Positions 39,606 through 57,018 of a stretch of 64,000 nt of DNA are shown in pieces. The translations under genes were made by a program, and so were the position numbers. Every line of letters starts with the position of its first letter. Within the stretch, counting starts at the first letter, position 1. The notes below the pieces were generated by a model. It had not been told where the DNA came from. It did no database searches and was given only the letters and a program-made list of their open reading frames with translations. This DNA is from Eledone cirrhosa (lineage: Eukaryota), in NCBI GenBank assembly GCA_964016885.1, contig OZ024766.1, forward strand, positions 19,902,001 to 19,966,000, in the 5' to 3' direction.

Positions 39606-40800
39606 ATAATTGTCCCCTACCCCCGCTTAGGTCTCAAATAATTTTCCCCCACCCTCACTCATTTAATTTTCAGATTTTTTACACGACCACCCCACTCTTA
39701 ATTCACCCCACCCATTTAAAATAAATAGGATGGGTTGTGGTCTCATTATGTAAACTAAATGACTAATTCTGGTTTTCTATCTGGTGAAATTTATATGTAT
39801 ATATATATATGTATATATATATATGTATAGATATATAAATATTTATACATATCTATATATATATGTATGTATATATATGTATATATATGAGCTCTTAAGA
39901 CCAGTAAAATAACCTCTCTAGTGCCAAAAACAATACACCCAGTCCTTGCTGTAAAGTGGTTGATGAGTGGAAAGGCATCCAAATAGAAAAGAAAAAAAAT
40001 AACGCTAAAATTATGTAATCCCTACGAATAAAAATTCCCACTAATTGTGTCTACAAGCCTAACACAAGTCATGTTATTGGGGTGCCTAGGGTAGCCATGT
40101 GTGAGAATCCTTTGACTGTTATCAAGCAATTACACAGCACTTTTCCCCTTCCAGGTAGAAAGAACTGTTACTCAAGGAACTATCAAGTTACACATTTCAG
40201 GTCTCAGACAATTACCATGTTAGAATGTCATATAAGAATGAAGTTCTTGGGTAAAGGCTATAGAGCAGACCTCCCAAGAGTTAGAAGGATATAGTTTATA
40301 GAGCATCGTGGAATATCACTGCTTACATTGGAGAGAATAACTCTGGACAGGAAAGTTGATATCTGGTTTATCAATATAGAAATATAAAATTTCCAATGTT
40401 AAATCTATCTCTGTTTCTAAAGTATTCTCTATTATCTCATACTGTTTCTTTCTTATTTCAGAATATCAGATGACATTGGGATAAAATTATTTTTTAATCT
40501 TGAATACATCCCCTCTATTTATCATCATTTCAAGACTAAAGCTTTTGATACGGAACTCATATAACACTGTTTACATAAATCTATGGCAGAATTACTGTGA
40601 AATATTTCCTCAGAACTGTGTGTCTTGGAAAAATTCTTGGAAAAGCATTGTTTCATCAGCATCTGAAATATTTACAAGATGATTTTAAATCTTAACTAAA
40701 CTTGGATCAGAAAGAAGTTTGCATCATCTTCAGATCTTGACTGAGATCACCGTTGCCGGAAATATGGCAGAAGAAATATCTTCAGGAATATAATATATAA

Positions 40801-42629
<1,829 letters not shown>

Positions 42630-45277
42630 CGAAAAGAATATCTTGTCTGAAAATGGTGAATTAAACACAAATACATTCATATGAGAAGCCATGCCACTGT
42701 GCTATTCTCTTTCATTGCTGCATTAACTTCATGCAAACATATATATACTTGAGAAAAGCCATATCACTAATATTTGTGGAAAATTGTTATCAATGATAGC
42801 TTGTTCAACTAGACACTAACATATACAGGAGAGGAACCATATCACTGTAATGTCTGCAGTAAATCATTGTCTAAATGTTGTGGCTTCACTAGACACTAAC
42901 ATATACAGGAGAGGAACCATATCACTGTAATGTCTGCAGTAAATCATTGTCTAAATGTTGTGGCTTCACTAGACACTAACATATACAGGATAGGAACTAT
43001 ATCACTGTGATGTCTGGTAAATCATTGTCTAAATATTGGGGCTTCACTAGACAGTAACATTTACAGGAGAGGAACTATATCACTGTGATGTCTGTGGTAA
43101 ATCATTGTCTAAATGTTGGGGCTTCACTACACACTAACATATACAGGAGAGGAACTATATCACTGTGATGTCTGGTAAATCCTTCTCTAAATATTGTGGC
43201 TTCACTACACACTAACATATACAGGAGAGGAACTATATCACTGTGATGTCTGTAGTAAATCATTCTCTTGTAAAGATTACTTAATGCAACACAATCAGAC
43301 AAGATAAAAACCATATCACTCACCCCAAATTGTGCCACCAATGTTAATATTTTGAATAAAACTGTTTTACTAAGAAATTCTTCTCCTTTCATTTTATTTG
43401 TAGAAGTTGTAACCAAGACTTGTGCTGACAAATCTGTATCGTTCAGAATTTACAGACGCTATATATATGTGAATGTATGTGTGTAGAAGTTTGTGTCCCC
43501 TTTTGTTTGTTGCATATGTAGTGGATAAATGTATTCTTTTGTGTATGAATGATAAAAAGAATAATGCCAGAATTGTGATGTTGACAATGTTTGTTACAAT
43601 AACAATATTAACTTGTTGCTACATTGAATATCAAGTAATAAAAATTGTGACAGGAATTATCACTACATCAATTTGCTGACTAGCTACTTCGAGCTAGCGT
43701 GTATGTATGTATCAATACAACGATATAATAGAAGTGATTCAACAGGAAGATGAAAGAATAGATAAAACCCAGAAGTAAACAGTATAATGAAACCTTTTGA
43801 GTGTGTGTGTATCCTTAGTATTTGTTATTCCTCTCAAGGACTGCTGCTTCGGTCTCTCTTGTTTGGTGGCGTAGTCTGTGGCCAAGAAGGTGAGAGCCAG
43901 TAAGGCCAGGAGAGAGAGATAGAGTAAAAGGTCAGTAGAAGTCTGTAGACCCCAAGAGGTCTGTAGAATGTGAATGTTTCATATCGTTATTCTCTTAAGG
44001 ACTACTGCTTCGTGGTCGGGCTGCTGGATTCCCTTTGTACTTGTATTTATAATAACCCTATAGCTAGATGTGTATACAGGGTTGATTTATGAGTAGCCAT
44101 GTGAGTTTCAGCTATCTTGAAGCTGGGGTCACAGGTCAAGTGGCATGTATGTTCATCATTGTTGTCTCTTGACAGGACAATGGTGGGAAACTCGCAACGA
44201 TAGGTGGTCCCAGATGCGAGAACTTTTAGATTCGGTTTTGAATCTTCGCCAGGTAATTTATAGGAGAATTCCGTTACACATCTATTAATGACATAGATGG
44301 CAACTTAAAGAGTGTCACAGTACTGAAATATGCAGATGAAACCAAGCTGTCCCTTGAGATAAAAAGGACAGATCCTGAACACTATAGATCTGGACACAAT
44401 GCAGCAATGGACCACGGACAGGCAACTCAAGCTGGCTGTGTACAAGTGTACGACCATGCATTTATCTATCTATTTAAAGCTGTAAATAGCTATGGTGCGG
44501 CCACACTTAGAGATTGCATCACCAGTCTGGAAGCCCTGTCTTGCTCAGAACATTGATCTGGAAATTGTTTAGAGACGTGCAACCAAGTGAATACGCTCCA
44601 TCAACCATCTACCATACTCTGAATGCCTTGCCTCCCTGGGTATGGATACATTGAAGGTCCGACGTCTGGAACTTGCTACTTATTGCACCTGAGCATCAGC
44701 CACATATAAAATCTACGTTCTTAGATAGCTGGCCTGTGTTCCCAGTACGTCTGTTATGTACCCATAGTTTGTATTTGGGACATAAAATGGAATTTCTACC
44801 TACTCCTTTCCTACACACTGAACATGGCCATTTCCCAGAGGGCACCTGTGCCCTATTTTCCTTCCTACAAACTAGAACTTTAGTCTTAGACATGTTAACT
44901 TTAAGGCCTTTTGATTCTAGGCCTTGCTTCCATGTTTGGAATTTCTTATCTAGTTCAGCTGTTAGATAATCTGTGTATAGAAGTTCCCATGGGCAGCCAG
45001 TCTTAAACTCCTCTGTTTTAGCCTGAAGGGCAATAATAAATAGGAGGGGGCTAAGGACTGAGCCTTGATGAACACCAACTTTTATACTAAATTCTTCACT
45101 GTATTCATTGCTAATTCTATATATATACACGTATTTATGTGTATATATATATATAATTACTACACCACATTCTTCGCCTAAGTATAATTTGTAATGTTAT
45201 TTACAAAACTAGGAATAAAATAATTCTTAAGATATTCACTGCGAACCTGTACTCTCTCTATATCTTTTTTGGACCTG

Positions 45278-45308
<31 letters not shown>

Positions 45309-45455
45309 CGTATATATTTTTTTATCTATTTCACATTTGTGCTATTTGTAATGTTATGTATACAACCAGGAATAAAATGATTCTTCCCCTAATCCTTACC
45401 ATTCACTGCGAGACTGTACTTGCTGTTCGGCCCTGGGATATATATATATATATAT

Positions 45456-45498
<43 letters not shown>

Positions 45499-46919
45499 CT
45501 ACAGCACATTATTTGTCTCAGTATAATTTGTAATGTTATTTATACAACCAGGAATAAAATAATTCTTACTCTAAACCTTACCATTCACTGCGAGACTCTA
45601 CTGTCTTTACTTCCTGTTCCTGCCCCACCTACTTTCGTTTATTCATTAATTTACTTCAAACTCAATCAATTCCTGTCTCTTTCTTCTATATTTTATATTT
45701 TCAAGGTATTTCAACAATTTTTATCTGTTTTACGTTTCTTTCATTAATTTATTCCGTTTTATATTTAAAATATTTCTGACTAATTTTTCCCGTATTTTCT
45801 GTCTAAATATTTATATACTTTATATATATAAAGTATATATATATAAAGTATATATATATATAAAGTATATATATATATATATATATATAAAGTATATATA
45901 AAGTATATATATATATATATAAAGTATATATATATAAAGTATATATAAATATGTATATATAAATATATGTCTATATATATATATGTATTCATGTATATAT
46001 GCATATATATATGTGTATATGTATTGTATATATACATTATACATACTAGACAAGATAATACACCTACACATCTGATATAAGAATACGGATAGGCTATGTA
46101 GCCGGTAAAACCAAAAGGGGTGAAACACATTGCTATAGTGTTTCACCAGCTCTTCCTCAATCATTCATAGATGTGAGTGTATATAATAATTATTTTGTAT
46201 AATGTATCTTTTTATAAATATATATGAGTAGATGTGTGTATAACTATGTACATGTGTATATAACGCAGTAGATGTGTGTATAACTCAGTAGATGTGTGTG
46301 TAACTCAGTAGATGTGTATAACTCAGTAGATGTGTGTATAACTCAGTAGATGTGTGTAACTCAGTAGATGTGTGTATAACTCAGTAGATGTGTGTAACTC
46401 AGTAGATGTGTGTAACTCAGTAGATGTGTATAACTCTGTAGATGTGTGTGTAACTCAGTAGATGTGTGTGTAACTCAGTAGATGTGTGTGTAACTCAGTA
46501 GATGTGTGTGTAACTCAGTAGATGTGTGTGTAACTCTGTAGATGTGTATGTAACTCAGTAGATGTGTGTATAACTCTGTAGATGTGTGTGTAACTCAGTA
46601 GATGTGTGTGTAACTCAAATAATTGTCCCCCACCCTCACTTTCGTCTCAAATAATCGTTCCCCACCCTCACTTTGGTCTCAAATAATTGTCCCCTACCCT
46701 CGCTTAGGTCTCAAATAATTTTCCCCCACCCTCACTCATTTAATTTTCAGATTTTTTACACCACCACCCCACTCTTGATTCACCCCACCCATTTAACATA
46801 AATAGGATGGGTTGTGGTCTCATTATGTAAACTAAATGACTAATTCTGGTTTTCTATCTCTGGTGAAATTTATATGTATATATATATATGTATAGATATA
46901 TAAATATCTATGCATATGT

Positions 46920-47198
46920 ATATCATCATCATCATCATCATTATCACCGTTTTACGTCCGTTCTTCCACGCTAGCATGGGTCAGACGGTTTGTCCTGTTG
47001 TGGGCAGTGTCTGGTCGGCTGACCATGCCATGCTCATACAGGAACTCATTTGGCTTGATTTCTACAGCTGGATGCCCTTCCTAACACCAACCTCATTTAC
47101 AGTCAGTACTGGGTGCTTTTTCGTGGCGCCTACACGTCCACTTTACAGTGTGGGCTGGGTGCTTTTTTGCCGTGGCACCTCCACGACCACCTTGCGGT
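46920..47198 (-). mobile_element. SINE insertion (also at ~55732-56008 and ~63083-63360; absent from unit A)
   Basis: Antisense (CAT)n tail and ctacagctggatgcccttcctaacaccaacc body. Confidence 0.8.
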
Positions 47199-48209
47199 AT
47201 ATATATATAAATATTTATACATATGTATATATATATGTATATATATGAGCTCTTAAGACCAGTAAAATAACCTCTCTAGTGCCACAAACAATACACCCAG
47301 TCCTTGCTGTAAAGTGGTTGATGAGAGGAAAGGCATCCTAACAGCAAAGAAAAAAAATAGCGCTAAAACTATGGAAAACCCTACGAATAAAAATTTCTAC
47401 TAATTGTGTCTACAAGCCTAACACAAGTCATGTTAACGGGGTGCCTAGTGTAGCCTTGTGTGAGAATCCTTTGACTGTTATCAAGCAATTACACAGCACT
47501 TTTCCCCTTCCAGGTAGAAAGAACTGTTACTCAAGGAACTATCAAGTTACACATCTCAGGTCTCAGACAATTACCATGTTAGAGTGTCATATAAGAATGA
47601 AGTTCTTGGGTAAAGGCTATAGGGCAGACCTCCCAAAAGTTAGAAGGATATAGTTTATAGAGCATCTTGGAATACCACTGCTTACATTGGAGAGAATAAC
47701 TCTGGACAGGAAAGTTGATATCTACAGTTTATCAATATAGAAATATAAAATTTCCAATGTTAAATCTATCTCTGTTTCTAAAGTATTCTCTATTATCTCA
47801 TACTGTTTCTTTCTTATTTCAGAATATCAGATGACATTGGGATAAAATTATTTTTTAATCTTGAATACATCCCCTCTATTTATCATCATTTCAAGAATAA
47901 AGGTTTTGATACGGAACTCATATAACACTGTTTATATAAATCTACGGCAGAATTAGTGTGAAATATTTCCTCAGAACTGTGTGTCTTGGAAAAATTCTTG
48001 GAAAAGTATTGTTTCATCACCATCTGAAATATTTACAAGATGATTTTGAATCTTAACTAAACTTGGATCAGAAAGAAGTTTGCATCATCTTCAGATCTTG
48101 ACTGAGATCACCGTTGCCGGAAATTTAGCAGAAGAAATATCTTCAGGAATATAATATATAAAATAAGTCGAGAATAACATCTGTAAATTCTGCCAAGGGA
48201 AGAAGAAAC

Positions 48210-51200
48210 ATGGAAACTAAATTGAGTGAGAAGAAGATGAAATGTGAAACATTGTCTAAAGATATGGCTATTCCAGAAGAGATGTCAAAGTCTAGAGGAG
48301 AGAAACCATATCACTGTGATGTCTGTGGTAAATCATTCTCTGTTAGTAGTACCTTAACTACCCACAAACGTATACATACTGGAGACAAGCCATACCACTG
48401 CGATATCTGTGGTAAATCATTCTCTCAAAGTAATCACTTAACTTGCCACAAACGTATACATACAGGAGACAAGCCATATCACTGTGATATCTGTGGTAAA
48501 TCATTCTCTCAAAGTAATACCTTAACTAACCACAAACGTATACATACAGGAGACAAGCTATATCACTGTGATATCTGTGGTAAATCATTCTCTGATAGTA
48601 GTGCCTTAACTAGCCACAAACGTATACATACAGGAGACAAGCCATATCACTGTGATATCTGTGGTAAATCATTCTCTGTAAGTAGTGCCTTAACTAGCCA
48701 CAAACGTGTACATACACGCAACAAGCCATACCACTGTGATGTCTGTGGTAAATCATTCTCTGTAAGTAATGCCTTAACTAGCCACAAACGTATACATACA
48801 GGAGACAAGCCATATCACTGTGATATCTGTGGTAAATCATTCTCTGTAAGTTGTAGCTTAACTAGACACAAACGTACCCATACAGGAGACAAGCCATACC
48901 ACTGTGATATCTGTGGTAAATCATTCTCTGATAGGAGTGCCTTAACTAGCCACAAACGTATACATACAGGAGACAAGCCATATCACTGTGATATCTGTGG
49001 TAAATCATGCTCTGTAATTAGTAACTTAACTAGCCACAAACGTATACATACAGGAGACACGCCATATCACTGTGATATCTGTGGTAAATCATTCTCTCAA
49101 AGTAGTACCTTAACTAACCACAAACGTATACATACAGGAGACAAGCCATATCACTGTGATATCTGTGGTAAATCATTCTCTGATAGGAGTGCCTTAACTA
49201 GCCACAAACGTATACATACAGGAGACAAGCCATATCACTGTGATATCTGTGGTAAATCATTCTCTCGAAGTAGTGACTTAACTAGCCACAAACGTGTACA
49301 TACACGCAACAAGCCATACCACTGTGATGTCTGTGGTAAATCATTCTCTCAAAGTAATACCTTAACTAACCACAAACGTATACATACAGGAGACAAGCCA
49401 TATCACTGTGATATCTGTGGTAAATCATTCTCTGTAAGTTGTAGCTTAACTAGACACAAACGTACCCATACAGGAGACAAGCCATACCACTGTGATATCT
49501 GTGGTAAATCATTCTCTGTAAGTAATGCCTTAACTAGCCACAAACGTATACATACAGGAGACAAGCCATACCACTGCGACATCTGTGGTAAATCATTCTC
49601 TGTAAATGGTAACTTAACTAGCCACAAACGTATACATACAGGAGACAAGCCATACCACTGCGACATCTGTGGTAAATCATTCTCTCAAAGTAGTCACTTA
49701 ACTAGCCACAAACGTATACATACAGGAGACACAGCCATACCACTGTGATATCTGTGGTAAATTATTCTCTCAAAGTAGTACCGTAACTAGCCACAAACGT
49801 ATACATACAGGAGACAAGCCATATCACTGTGATATCTGTGGTAAATCATTCTCTCAAAGTAATACCTTAACTAACCACAAACGTATACATACAGGAGACA
49901 AGCTATATCACTGTGATATCTGTGGTAAATCATTCTCTGATAGTAGTGCCTTAACTAGCCACAAACGTATACATACAGGAGACAAGCCATATCACTGTGA
50001 TATCTGTGGTAAATCATTCTCTGTAAGTAGTGCCTTAACTAGCCACAAACGTGTACATACACGCAACAAGCCATACCACTGTGATGTCTGTGGTAAATCA
50101 TTCTCTGTAAGTAATGCCTTAACTAGCCACAAACGTATACATACAGGAGACAAGCCATATCACTGTGATATCTGTGGTAAATCATTCTCTGTTAGTAGTA
50201 ACTTAACTAGCCACAAACGTATACATACAGGAGACACGCCATACCACTGTGATATCTGTGGTAAATCATGCTCTGTAATTAGTAACTTAACTAGCCACAA
50301 ACGTATACATACAGGAGACACGCCATATCACTGTGATATCTGTGGTAAATCATTCTCTCAAAGTAGTACCTTAACTAACCACAAACGTATACATACAGGA
50401 GACAAGCCATATCACTGTGATATCTGTGGTAAATCATTCTCTGATAGGAGTGCCTTAACTAGCCACAAACGTATACATACAGGAGACAAGCCATATCACT
50501 GTGATATCTGTGGTAAATCATTCTCTCGAAGTAGTGACTTAACTAGCCACAAACGTGTACATACACGCAACAAGCCATACCACTGTGATGTCTGTGGTAA
50601 ATCATTCTCTGTAAGTAATGCCTTAACTAGGCACAAACGTATACATACAGGAGACAAGCCATATCACTGTGATATCTGTGGTAAATCATTCTCTGTAAGT
50701 TGTAGCTTAACTAGACACAAACGTACCCATACAGGAGCCAAGCCATACCACTGTGATATCTGTGGTAAATCATTCTCTGTAAGTAATGCCTTAACTAGCC
50801 ACAAACGTATACATACAGGAGACAAGCCATACCACTGCGACATCTGTGGTAAATCATTCTCTGTAAATGGTAACTTAACTAGCCACAAACGTATACATAC
50901 AGGAGACAAGCCATACCACTGCGACATCTGTGGTAAATCATTCTCTCAAAGTAGTCACTTAACTAGCCACAAACGTATACATACAGGAGACACAGCCATA
51001 CCACTGTGATATCTGTGGTAAATTATTCTCTCAAAGTAGTACCGTAACTAGCCACAAACGTATACATACAGGAGACAATCCATATCATTGTGATTTCTGT
51101 GGTAAATCATTCTCTGTTAGTAGTAACTTAACTACACACAGATGTATACATACAGAAGACAAGCCATACCACTGTGATATCTGTGATAAATCCTTCTCTG

Positions 51201-51505
51201 ATAGTAATCGCTTAACTATACACAAACGTATACATACAGGAGACAAGCCATACCACTGTGATATTTGTGGTAAATCATTCTCTGATAGTAGTACCTTAAC
51301 TAAACACTTACGTACCCATACAGGAGACAAGCCATACCAATGTGATATCTGTGGTAAATCATTCTCTGATAGTAGTACCTTAACTAAACACTTACGTACC
51401 CATACAGGAGACAAGCCATACCATTGCGATATCTGAGGTAAATCATTCTCTGTATCAAGTAGTTTAACTAGACACAAATATACCCATATGGGTGAGAACC
51501 CATAA
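48210..51505 (+). pseudogene. C2H2 ZNF, 38 fingers in total; ORF of 512 aa (17 fingers), +1 frameshifts at ~49731 and ~50992, and TGA in the last finger
   Basis: ggagacacagccatac (extra C) occurs twice, 1261 bp apart. atctgaggt at ~51434. Confidence 0.75.
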
Positions 51506-53997
51506 CGAAAAAAATATCTCGTCTGAAAATGGTGAATTAAACACAAATACATTCATATGAGAAGCCATGCCACTGTGCTATTCTCTTTCATTGCTGCATT
51601 AACTTCATGCAAACATATATATACTTGAGAAAAGCCATATCACTAATATTTGTGGAAAATTGTTATCAATGATAGCTTGTTCAACTAGACACTAACATAT
51701 ACAGGAGAGGAACCATATCACTGTAATGTCTGCAGTAAATCATTGTCTAAATGTTGTGGCTTCACTACACACTAACATTTACAGGAGAGGAACTATATCA
51801 CTGTGATGTCTGTGGTAAATCATTGTCTAAATGTTGTGGCTTCACTAGACACTAACATTTACAGGAGAGGAACTATATCACTGTGATGTCTGGTAAATCC
51901 TTCTCTAAATATTGTGGGTTCAAAACACACTAACATATACAGGAGAGGAACTATATCACTGTGATGTCTGTGGTAAATCATTTTCTTGTAAATATTACTT
52001 AATGCAACACAATCAGACAAGATAAAAACCATATCACTCACCCAAAATAGTGCCACCAATGTTAATATTTTGAATAAAACTGTTTTACTAAGAAATTCTT
52101 CTCCTTTCATTTTATTTGTAGAAGTTGTAACCAAGACCTGTGCTGACAAATCTGTATCGTTCAGAATTTACATACGCTATATATATGTGAATGTATGTGT
52201 GTAGAAGTTTGTGTCCCCTTTTGTTTGTTGCATATGTAGTGGATAAATGTATTCTTTTGTGTATGAATGATAAAAAGAATAATGCCAGAATTGTGATGTT
52301 GACAATGTTTATTTTACAATAACAATATTAACTTGTTGCTACATTGAATATCAAGTAATAAAAATTGTGACAGGAATTATCACTACATCAATTTGCTGAC
52401 TAGCTACTTCGAGCTAGCGTGTATGTATGTAGCAATACAACGATACACGAGAAGTGATTCAACAGGAAGATGAAAGAATAGATAAAACCCAAAAGTAAAC
52501 AGTATAATGAAACCTATTGAGTGTGTGTGTATCCTTAGTATTTGTTATTCCTCTCAAGGACTGGTGCTTCGGTCTCTCTTGTTTGGTGGCGTAGTCTGTG
52601 GCCAAGAAGGTGAGAGCCAGTAAGGCCAGGAGAGAGAGATAGAGTAAAAGGTCAGTAGAAGTCTGTAGACCCCAAGAGGTCTGTAGAATGTGAATGTTTC
52701 ATATCGTTATTCTCTTAAGGACTACTGCTTCGTGGTCTGGCTGCTGGATTCCCTTTGTACTTGTATTTATAATAACCCTATAGCTAGATGTGTATACAGG
52801 GTTGATTTATGAGTAGCCATGTGAGTTTCAGCTATCTTGAAGCTGGGGTCACAGGTCAAGTGGCATGTATGTTCATCATTGTTGTCTCTTGACAGGACAA
52901 TGGTGGGAAACTCGCAACGATAGGTGGTCCCAGATGCAAGAACTTTTAGATTCGGTTTCGAATCTTTGCCAGGTAATTTATAGGAGAATTCCGTTACACA
53001 TCTATTAATGACATAGATGGCAACTTAAAGAGTGTCACAGTACTGAAATATGCAGATGAAACCAAGCTGTCCCTTGAGATAAAAAGGACAGATCCTGAAC
53101 ACTATAGATCTGGACACAATGCAGCAATGGACCACGGACTGGCAACTCAAGCTGGCTGTGTACAAGTGTACGACCATGCATTTATCTATCTATTTAAAGC
53201 TGTAAATAGCTATGGTGCGGCCACACTTAGACATTGCATCACCAGTCTGGAAGCCCTGTCTTGCTCAGAACATTGATCTGGAAATTGTTTAGAGACGTGC
53301 AACCAAGTGAATACGCTCCATCAACCATCTACCATACTCTGAATGCCTTGCCTCCCTGGGTATGGATACATTGAAGGTCCGACGTCTGGAACTTGCTACT
53401 TATTGCACCTGAGCATCAGCCACATATAAAATCTACGTTCTTAGATAGCTGGCCTGTGTTCCCAGTACGTCTGTTATGTACCCATAGTTTGTATTTGGGA
53501 CATAAAATGGAATTTCTACCTACTCCTTTCCTACACACTGAACATGGCCATTTCCCAGAGGGCACCTGTGCCCTATTTTCCTTCCTACATACTAGAACTT
53601 TAGTCTTAGACAAGTTAACTCTAAGGCCTTTTGATTCTAGGCCATGCTTCCATGTTTGGAATTTCTTATCTATATCAGCTGTTAGATAATCTGTGTATAG
53701 AAGTTCCCATGGGCAGCCAGTCTTAAACTCCTCTGTTTTAGCCTGAAGGGCAATAATAAATAGGAGGGGGCTAAGGACTGAGCCTTGATGAACACCAACT
53801 TTTATGCTAAATTCTTCACTGTATTCATTGCTAATTCTATATATATACACGTATTTATGTGTATATATATATATAATTACTACACCACATTCTTCGCCTA
53901 AGTATAATTTGTAATGTTATTTACAAAACTAGGAATAAAATAATTCTTAAGATATTCACTGCGAACCTGTACTCTCTCTATATCTTTTTTGGACCTG

Positions 53998-54028
<31 letters not shown>

Positions 54029-54158
54029 CGTATATATTTTTTTATCTATTTCACATTTGTGCTATTTGTAATGTTATGTATACAACCAGGAATAAAATGA
54101 TTCTTCCCCTAATCCTTACCATTCACTGCGAGACCGTACTTGCTGTTCGGCCCTGGGA

Positions 54159-54220
<62 letters not shown>

Positions 54221-57018
54221 CTACAGCACATTATTTGTCTCAGTATAATTTGTAATGTTATTTATACAACCAGGAATAAAATAATTCTTACTCTAAACCT
54301 TACCATTCACTGCGAGACTCTACTGTCTTTACTTCCTGTTCCTGCCCCACCTACTTTCGTTCATTCATTGATTTACTTCAAATTCAATCAATTCCTGTCT
54401 CTTTCTTCTATATTTTATATTTTCAAGGTATTTCAACAATTTTTATCTGTTTTACGTTTCTTTCATTAATTTATTCCGTTTTATATTTAAAATATTTCTG
54501 ACTAATTTTTCCCGTATTTTCTGTCTAAATATTTATATACTTTATATATATAAAGTATATATATATATAAAGTATATATAAATATGTATATATAAATATA
54601 TGTCTATATATATATGTATTCATGTATATATGCATATATATATGTGTATATGTATTGTATATATACATTATACATACTAGACAAGATAATACACCTACAC
54701 ATCTGATATAAGAATACGGATAGGCTATGTAGCCGGTAAAACCAAAAGGGGTGAAACACATTGCTATAGTGTTTCACCAGCTCTTCCTCAATCATTCATA
54801 GATGTGAGTGTATATAATAATTATTTTGTATAATGTATCTTTTTATAAATATATATGAGTAGATGTGTGTATAACTATGTACATGTGTATATAACGCAGT
54901 AGATGTGTGTATAACTCAGTAGATGTGTGTAACTCAGTAGATGTGTGTATAACTCTGTAGATGTGTGTGTAACTCAGTAGATGTGTGTATAACTCAGTAG
55001 ATGTGTGTAACTCAGTAGATGTGTATAACTCTGTAGATGTGTGTGTAACTCAGTAGATGTGTGTGTAACTCAGTAGATGTGTGTATAACTCAGTAGATGT
55101 GTGTAACTCAGTAGATGTGTGTGTAACTCAGTAGATGTGTGTATAACTCAGATGTGTATATAACTCAGTAGATGTGTGTGTAACTGATGTGTGTGTAACT
55201 CAGATGTGTATGTAACTCAGTAGATGTGTGTGTAACTCAGTAGATGTGTGTATAACTCTGTAGATGTGTGTATGACTGAGTAGATGTGTGTAACTCAGTA
55301 GATGTGTGTGTAACTCAGTAGATGTGTGTATAACTCAATACATGTGTGTGTAACTCAGTAGATGTGTGTGTAACTCAGTAGATGTGTGTATAACTCAGAT
55401 GTGTGTGTAACTCTGTAGATGTGTGTGTAGCTCAAATAATTGTCCCTCACTTTCGTCTCAAATAATTGTCCCCCACCCTCGCTTAGGTCTCAAATAATTG
55501 TCCCCTACCCTCGCTTAGGTCTCAAATAATTTTCCCCCACCCTCACTCATTTAATTTTCAGATTTTTTACACCACCACCCCACTCTTGATTCACCCCACC
55601 CATTTAAAATAAATAGGATGGGTTGTGGTCTCATTATGTAAACTAAATGACTAATTCTGGTTTTCTATCTCTGGTGAAATTTATATGTATATATATATAT
55701 GTATAGATATATAAATATCTATGCATATGTATATCATCATCATCATCATCATTATCACCGTTTTACGTCCGTTCTTCCACGCTAGCACGGGTCAGACGGT
55801 TTGTCCTGTTGTGGGCAGTGTCTGGTCGGCTGACCATGCCATGCTCATACAGGAACTCATTTGGCTTGATTTCTACAGCTGGATGCCCTTCCTAACACCA
55901 ACCTCATTTACAGTGAGTGCTGGGTGCTTTTTCGTGGCGCCTACACATCCACTTTACAGTGTTGGCTGGGTGCTTTTTTGCCGTGGCACCTCCACGACCA
56001 CCTTGTGGTATATATATATAAATATTTATACATATGTATATATATATGTATATATATGAGCTCTTAAGACCAGTAAAATAACCTCTCTAGTGCCACAAAC
56101 AATACACCCAGTCCTTGCTGTAAAGTGGTTTATGTGGAAAGGCATCCAAACAGCAAAGAAAAAAAATAGCGCTAAAATTATGGAAAGCCCTACAAATTAA
56201 AATTTCTACTAATTGTGTCTACAAGCCTAACACAAGTCATGTTATTGGGGTGCCTAGGGTAGCCATGTGTGAGAATCCTTTGACTGTTATCAAGCAATTA
56301 CACAGCACTTTTCCCCTTCCAGGTAGAAAGAACTGTTACTCAAGGAACTATCAAGTTACACATCTCAGGTCTCAGACAATTACCATGTTAGAGTGTCATA
56401 TAAGAATGAAGTTCTTGGGTAAAGGCTATAGGGCAGACCTCCCAAAAGTTAGAAGGATATAGTTTATAGAGCATCTTGGAATACCACTGCTTACATTGGA
56501 GAGAATAACTCTGGACAGGAAAGTTGATATCTACAGTTTATCAATATAGAAATATAAAATTTCCAATGTTAAATCTATCTCTGTTTCTAAAGTATTCTCT
56601 ATTATCTCATACTGTTTCTTTCTTATTTCAGAATATCAGATGACATTGGGATAAAATTATTTTTTAATCTTGAATACATCCCCTCTATTTATCATCATTT
56701 CAAGAATAAAGGTTTTGATACGGAACTCATATAACACTGTTTATATAAATCTACGGCAGAATTAGTGTGAAATATTTCCTCAGAACTGTGTGTCTTGGAA
56801 AAATTCTTGGAAAAGTATTGTTTCATCACCATCTGAAATATTTACAAGATGATTTTGAATCTTAACTAAACTTGGATCAGAAAGAAGTTTGCATCATCTT
56901 CAGATCTTGACTGAGATCACCGTTGCCGGAAATTTAGCAGAAGAAATATCTTCAGGAATATAATATATAAAATAAGTCGAGAATAACATCTGTAAATTCT
57001 GCCAAGGGAAGAAGAAAC

